From NCBI RefSeq assembly GCF_000012805.1, contig NC_007484.1, positions 1,380,001 through 1,412,000 of the forward strand: a stretch of 32,000 nucleotides of DNA, given 5' to 3'. Below are positions 27,809-32,000 of the stretch, piece after piece. The stretch comes from Nitrosococcus oceani ATCC 19707 (lineage in GTDB: Bacteria; Pseudomonadota; Gammaproteobacteria; Nitrosococcales; Nitrosococcaceae). The notes below the pieces were generated by a model. That model was not told where the DNA came from. It did no database searches and worked only from the letters and a program-made list of their open reading frames with translations. How positions within the stretch are numbered: the stretch's first letter is position 1; the number at the start of each line of letters is the position of its first letter. Position numbers and translations under genes: made by a program.

Positions 27809-30361
27809 TCATTCTTCTCTTAGTCCCTCTGCTGGAGGAGTATGGGCCATTCGCCAGGCCGGATAAATACCGGCAAGCACGGCTGCGGTTACAGCAAGAA
27901 GGATTCCTTGCAAAAGAATTTCGGGGGAAATGGTAAATCCCATACTCCAGCCGAAAGATCGCCGGTTAATCACATAAATTAATCCTAGGGCTGAGAGCAA
28001 CCCAAGGGGTAGCGCCAGCAGGCCGCAGACCAGTCCTATCAGTCCGGTTTGTCCCGTCACCAGCCCTCTTAACTGGCGGGGGAGGAGTCCCATGGCCCGC
28101 AGTATACCGAATTCCCGCGTGCGTTCTAATTGGAGAGCCATTAAAGCGCTAAAAATACCGGCAAAAGCCACTAATCCAGCGAGCAGCCGTACTACCTCCG
28201 TGATGGCGAAGGAGCGGTCAAAAATTTGTAATGAGAGCTCGCGGATAGAGCGGTTGGTACGGATTTGTATTTGCTGGTTGCTGTTTACTCTTTTTAGCAG
28301 GGTTTGGCGCAGGATTTCAAGGTCCACATCGGGATCGGCATAAATGCCAATCCCGGAGACTCCGTCATCGGACCAATAGCGTTGGTAAGTGTCACGGTGG
28401 ATCGTCACAACCCCCCGATCCGAGCCGTAACTGAGATAAACGCCGGCTACGAGGAAGGACTGTTGGCCCTGGTCGGTGCGTAGGCGTAGGCTTGAGCCAG
28501 GTGATAGCTGGTGGTGGTAAGCGTAGGGCTCGGAGACCAGTACGGCTCCTTCATGGGCAAACGCTTGCCATGCTTTTTCTGGATTTCCCGAGGTAAATTG
28601 AAAACCGGCGAGGCTTTGGGGGACGGGCGCAAAAGCTACCATATTGGTGAGGCCGTCTTTGTCTTCAATCCGCACCCAGCGAGTGGTGCTGATAGCTGTT
28701 ACGCCTGGTGTGGCGGTGATACGTTCCATTAAGGACAAATCCAGGGAGCTATGGGCCGGATCTGAATTAGCGCCGGGTATGGAAACGTAAAGATCGGCCT
28801 GTAAGGTAGTCGTGAGCCACTGACTGACGGAGAGCCGAAAGCTATCAATCATAATGCCGATGCCGACCGTAGCGGAGATTGCTAGAGTCAGGGCCGCCAT
28901 AGCCACGCCGGTTCGGCTGAGGCTAGCTACAATACCGCGTGTAGCTAACTGGCCTAAAATTCCAAAGCTTCGGCGTAGCAAAGGTTGCGCTAAGATGAGC
29001 AGCAGGGTGCCCAGAGTCGGTACCAGTAAAGCGCATCCTATCTGTAGGGCCGTCAGGCTTACAAAGCCTAGCCCAATGCTTTTGCTAGGCAGCAGTAATA
29101 CAAGAACCCCTGTAATTAATACGCCCCCTCCCGTCAGAGCAGCCCTTTTCGACCAGCGGCGGGCTTGATGTTCCAACGAAGAACGATGAAGGGCGGTGCC
29201 AGGGGGAGTGTGAGTCGCTTCCCGGGCGGGAACCACGGTGGCCGCAAGGGTAGCGCCTAGACCCAGAACGAGACCTTTGGTTAAGCTTTCCATGGAGGGG
29301 GACACATCACGGACCTGGACAGCAAAATAAAGATCATTAAAAGTTTGACTGACCAGTCCCAGGAGAAATTCGCCTAGGCCGATCCCAAGAAATACGCCTG
29401 CCACCGAGCCTACAACCCCAAAACCCAGGGCTTCGGCGAGCAGCAGTAGAAATATTTGCTTGCGAGCGACTCCAAGGGCGCGCAGTAAACCAATTAGGCG
29501 GCGCCGTTGCAGCCAGAGAAAAGTGACGGTGTTGTAAACGATAAAACTGCCTATTAGGAGCGCTAGAAAGCTGAGCGCAGTGAGATTGAGCTGAAAGGCG
29601 TGGGTCATTTCGGTCACTGCCCGGCTGCGGGCGTCCGCTTCGATAAGCTCGGTTTCGGGGGGCAGGTGTTTTTTTAGTTGTTCCTGCTGAGCAACGCCCG
29701 CCTCACCGGTAGGTAAGATCAGATCAATATGGCTGAGCTTACCAAGCAGGCCCAGTGTTTCCTGAGCCGTTGCGATATCGGCGATAAGTACATTAGCAAG
29801 CCCTTCTTGGGCGAGGCCCTCTCCTTGGAAAGTGCTAGTCACTGTTAATTGGGCATGGTGAGCACCCACCCGAATTGCAAACTGATCACCTTGCTGCAGA
29901 CCTAACCGTTGGGCGGTTGCCTGTTCCAGAATTACCGCGCCAGGTTTGGTTAAGAGGGCTGGAATATCCACCTTGGGGTCGGTGCCTGTGCCACTAGAAT
30001 AATCCCGGAAGGGTGGTTCAGCAAAGGGATCGATGCCCAGCAGTCGCAAGGGTTGGTCATTGTTATCAGGCAGGTAAATACTGCCTTCCACAACGGGGGC
30101 GGAAGGGAATATCCCATGATTCAAGCGCAAACGGAGATAAATCTCCTCCGGTAACCCATCGGGTCCGCCTATAATCCGGTGAGTAGCTCGGCCCGTCACG
30201 CTTTCCGTGGCAACGGTAAAAGCCCGATTGGCGCTACTGTTAGCAAGGTCAATGGCCACTACCACGGCAACCCCGAGTGCAATACCTAGCAGCGCCAAGG
30301 CGATTTGCCAGGGATGCCGTCTTAAGCTTCGCCAATTAGCCCGCCACAATACTGGCGTCAT
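27809..30361 (-). CDS. ABC transporter permease with two FtsX-type domains (YbbP-like)
   Basis: 850 aa. The N-terminus WRANWRSLRRHPWQIALALLGIALGVAVVVAI is typical of this family. Two blocks of four hydrophobic helices are separated by soluble domains. The start overlaps the stop of the upstream ATPase gene (ATGA at 30358-30361). Confidence 0.9.
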   Translation of the reverse strand: MTPVLWRANWRSLRRHPWQIALALLGIALGVAVVVAIDLANSSANRAFTVATESVTGRATHRIIGGPDGLPEEIYLRLRLNHGIFPSAPVVEGSIYLPDNNDQPLRLLGIDPFAEPPFRDYSSGTGTDPKVDIPALLTKPGAVILEQATAQRLGLQQGDQFAIRVGAHHAQLTVTSTFQGEGLAQEGLANVLIADIATAQETLGLLGKLSHIDLILPTGEAGVAQQEQLKKHLPPETELIEADARSRAVTEMTHAFQLNLTALSFLALLIGSFIVYNTVTFLWLQRRRLIGLLRALGVARKQIFLLLLAEALGFGVVGSVAGVFLGIGLGEFLLGLVSQTFNDLYFAVQVRDVSPSMESLTKGLVLGLGATLAATVVPAREATHTPPGTALHRSSLEHQARRWSKRAALTGGGVLITGVLVLLLPSKSIGLGFVSLTALQIGCALLVPTLGTLLLILAQPLLRRSFGILGQLATRGIVASLSRTGVAMAALTLAISATVGIGIMIDSFRLSVSQWLTTTLQADLYVSIPGANSDPAHSSLDLSLMERITATPGVTAISTTRWVRIEDKDGLTNMVAFAPVPQSLAGFQFTSGNPEKAWQAFAHEGAVLVSEPYAYHHQLSPGSSLRLRTDQGQQSFLVAGVYLSYGSDRGVVTIHRDTYQRYWSDDGVSGIGIYADPDVDLEILRQTLLKRVNSNQQIQIRTNRSIRELSLQIFDRSFAITEVVRLLAGLVAFAGIFSALMALQLERTREFGILRAMGLLPRQLRGLVTGQTGLIGLVCGLLALPLGLLSALGLIYVINRRSFGWSMGFTISPEILLQGILLAVTAAVLAGIYPAWRMAHTPPAEGLREE

Positions 30362-31047
30362 TGGGGGAGTTCCTCGGCGACCAACCCCTCGGGACGTAGC
30401 CGCAGGATGCGGTCTGCTTGTCCAACTACTTCTGGGCTATGAGTGACCATGATGAGGGTTTTACCCTGTTGTTTGGTCAGGCGGTCTAGGAGAGCCAGAA
30501 CCCGGCGGCCGGTTTCCAGATCCAGGTTTCCTGTTGGTTCATCGGCCAGCACCAGCAAGGGATCGTGGACCAGGGCGCGGGCAATGGCAACGCGCTGTTG
30601 CTCGCCCCCAGAGAGTTCATCAGGAAAGCTATGGGCACGTTCCAGTAGGCCAACTTCCTGGAGCAAACTCTGAGCGTGAGCGTGTTCAGTGGGATTATTG
30701 CGGCCGTTAAGTTCTAGGGGCAGCAACAAATTTTCCTCTACGGTAAGCGTGGGAATAAGATTGAAGAACTGAAAAATAAAGCCAATATAACGCCGGCGCA
30801 GCAGGGTGCGATCTTCCTCGGAGAGCTGAGTCAAGGATATCCCATTGATGTTCACCTCGCCGGCACTCGGGAAATCGATACCCGCAATGAGGTTAAGGAG
30901 GGTGGATTTGCCTGAGCCACTACGCCCGAGCAGTACTATACATTCACCCTTTTGGATCGTGGCGGTGAGATTATGGAGCACCCGGTGCTCGGTTTCACTT
31001 TCCCAGTAAGACTTACTAAGGCTGAGGAGTTCTAGTACCGGCGTCAT
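30358..31047 (-). CDS. ABC transporter ATP-binding protein (LolD/MacB-type; YbbA-like)
   Basis: Walker [14 protein letters not shown]-loop, signature [15 protein letters not shown], Walker [14 protein letters not shown]-loop VTHS. Translationally coupled to the permease. Confidence 0.95.
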   Translation of the reverse strand: MTPVLELLSLSKSYWESETEHRVLHNLTATIQKGECIVLLGRSGSGKSTLLNLIAGIDFPSAGEVNINGISLTQLSEEDRTLLRRRYIGFIFQFFNLIPTLTVEENLLLPLELNGRNNPTEHAHAQSLLQEVGLLERAHSFPDELSGGEQQRVAIARALVHDPLLVLADEPTGNLDLETGRRVLALLDRLTKQQGKTLIMVTHSPEVVGQADRILRLRPEGLVAEELPQ

Positions 31048-31176
31048 TTGATAAGAGACCTAGAGGCTTACTAACGAGGCATTATTTTCTATCATATTAA
31101 CAGTAAACGAGACTGATGGTGACTGGGTTTTTTGGAAGTGTCTGCTGGATGGTAGTGGGTCAATGGGAGAAGTGGT

Positions 31177-31644
31177 ATGAATGCAAGGTTCATGGCGGAG
31201 GCGATTAGCCTGGCTAGCGAGGGTATGGCTGATGGTCTTGGAGGACCTTTTGGCGCTGTGGTGGTGCGCGATGGAGAAATACTTGGGCGGGCCTGCAATG
31301 ATGTTATTGCATTGCGTGATCCTACTGCCCATGCGGAAGTTCAAGCTATTCGCATGGCTTGCAGGAATTTTAATGATTTTCATCTGGAAGGTTGCGCTCT
31401 GTATTGTAGCTGTGAGCCTTGTCCTATGTGTTTGGGGGCTGCCTATTGGGCTCGGATTGGGTGGATCTATTAGGCCGCTGGCCAGGAAGATGCGGCCCAT
31501 ATCGGCTTCGACGATGGGGCCATTTATAGCTAGTTATCTCTTGAACCAGGCAGGCGTCGGATCCCCATGTTTCAGCTCATGCGGAATGAGATTCTGGAGG
31601 TTTTTGCACGTTGGCAGGAAAAAACAGATCGGGTTCTTTACTGA
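31177..31644 (+). pseudogene. Guanine deaminase-like CDA-fold nucleoside/nucleobase deaminase, interrupted by two in-frame TAG codons (31471-31473 and 31531-31533)
   Basis: One frame reads MNARFMAEAISLASEGMADGLGGPFGAVVVRDG...DPTAHAEV...CEPCPMCLGAAYWARIGWIY*AAGQEDAAHIGFDDGAIYS*LSLEPGRRRIPMFQLMRNEILEVFARWQEKTDRVLY, ending in TGA. The zinc motifs HAE and PCxxC are intact. Sequence after each TAG still resembles B. subtilis GuaD as I recall it (FYAA..DAAEAGFDDSFIY...IPF). Total length is 155 codons, as expected for the family, with no frameshift. Confidence 0.8.
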
Positions 31645-31794
31645 GCAGCAGCGCGTTGAGTGACTCCGACATACGCATAAAAACTTGCCCAATTGAGCGG
31701 GGAGTAGCGGTATTTAACTTGTTTTCTGGAAAAGCCCCGTTTCCCACCCCTGGGAGGATATCGCACTTCCTTGTGCTTCTCCAACTAGGTTGGG

Positions 31795-32000
31795 TTACTT
31801 ATTGCCTTCTCTGTTATTGTCCGTTGTTTCCATTTCTTCAGGGGGTACGGCCATTTTGGGCACAGACATTTCTCCAGGGGGATGAATGATGAGTTCCTTG
31901 GTTTCCCCCCTGTTGCCCGCGGGTATAGCGATTCCCTGGATGGATTGAGTGAGATCATCATACTGCTCACTATATCTGCCATCATTGCTCGTCGGGGCAT
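31795..32000 (-). CDS. Hypothetical protein, C-terminal fragment; the CDS continues beyond the right window edge
   Basis: The minus-strand frame is open from the window edge: ...GRYSEQYDDLTQSIQGIAIPAGNRGETKELIIHPPGEMSVPKMAVPPEEMETTDNNREGNK, with stop TAA at 31795-31797. Its codon choice resembles neighbouring genes better than the overlapping frame listed in the ORF track (31785-32000). No recognisable family. Confidence 0.3.
   Translation of the reverse strand, partial: APTSNDGRYSEQYDDLTQSIQGIAIPAGNRGETKELIIHPPGEMSVPKMAVPPEEMETTDNNREGNK

Noticed and set aside
27565-27936. 123-aa plus-strand ORF bridging the convergent kinase and permease gene ends
   Set aside because: It overlaps the 3' ends of two well-supported genes, one in another frame and one on the other strand, and has no Shine-Dalgarno. 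It is spurious.
31060-31500. 146-aa minus-strand ORF and overlapping plus-strand ORF 31181-31663
   Set aside because: These are antisense or out of frame relative to the deaminase-like reading frame, which carries clear zinc-deaminase motifs. Their translations have no recognisable features.
31471-31533. Genome-wide reassignment of TAG as a sense codon, to explain the two in-frame TAGs in the deaminase gene
   Set aside because: aceF (2507-2509) and the DUF748 gene (9187-9189) terminate at TAG exactly where their families normally end. TAG therefore functions as a stop in this genome. Local pseudogenisation or sequencing error is more parsimonious.
31785-32000. 71-aa ORF from the track (MPRRAMMADIVSS...), minus strand at the window edge
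   Set aside because: It is rich in rare-looking codons (CGA, AGG, ATA, CTA) and in Cys/Trp/Met. The overlapping frame that is also open to the window edge (stop at 31795) looks more protein-like. Neither can be confirmed without the sequence beyond 32000.

Overview
Chromosomal window of moderate GC. The gene content looks gammaproteobacterial, but I cannot name the species from sequence alone. I count 20 well-supported CDSs, one pseudogene and one edge fragment. I saw no rRNA, tRNA, CRISPR array, transposase or integrase.

Gene order:
- aceE (5'-partial), aceF and lpd, forming a pyruvate dehydrogenase operon.
- A stand-alone HNH nuclease, then uspE.
- A same-strand run of a DUF748/AsmA-like envelope protein, a metallophosphoesterase, a SAM methyltransferase and an ABC-F ATPase.
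- A di-haem cytochrome c peroxidase.
- On the minus strand, an O-methyltransferase and thiD.
- A TPP-dependent (acetolactate-synthase-like) enzyme, translationally coupled to two divergent citrate-synthase/citryl-CoA-lyase-fold paralogs.
- A TonB-dependent receptor, an orphan periplasmic binding protein, and a 1499-aa hybrid histidine kinase with three REC domains, HPt, GGDEF and EAL.
- On the minus strand, a YbbA/YbbP-like ABC ATPase and FtsX-type permease.
- A guanine-deaminase-like gene interrupted by two in-frame TAG codons.

Most notable observations:
1. A perfect 202-bp tandem duplication covers the promoter, leader and first five codons of the TPP-enzyme operon.
2. The TPP-enzyme plus two citrate-synthase-like genes form an uncharacterised enzyme module, and the usual catalytic His positions appear substituted in both paralogs.
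3. The receptor, binding protein and giant kinase/c-di-GMP protein may form one sensing module.
4. The deaminase gene is full length and in frame, broken only by the two amber codons.

All functional calls rest on motifs I recognise by eye. No database search was run.
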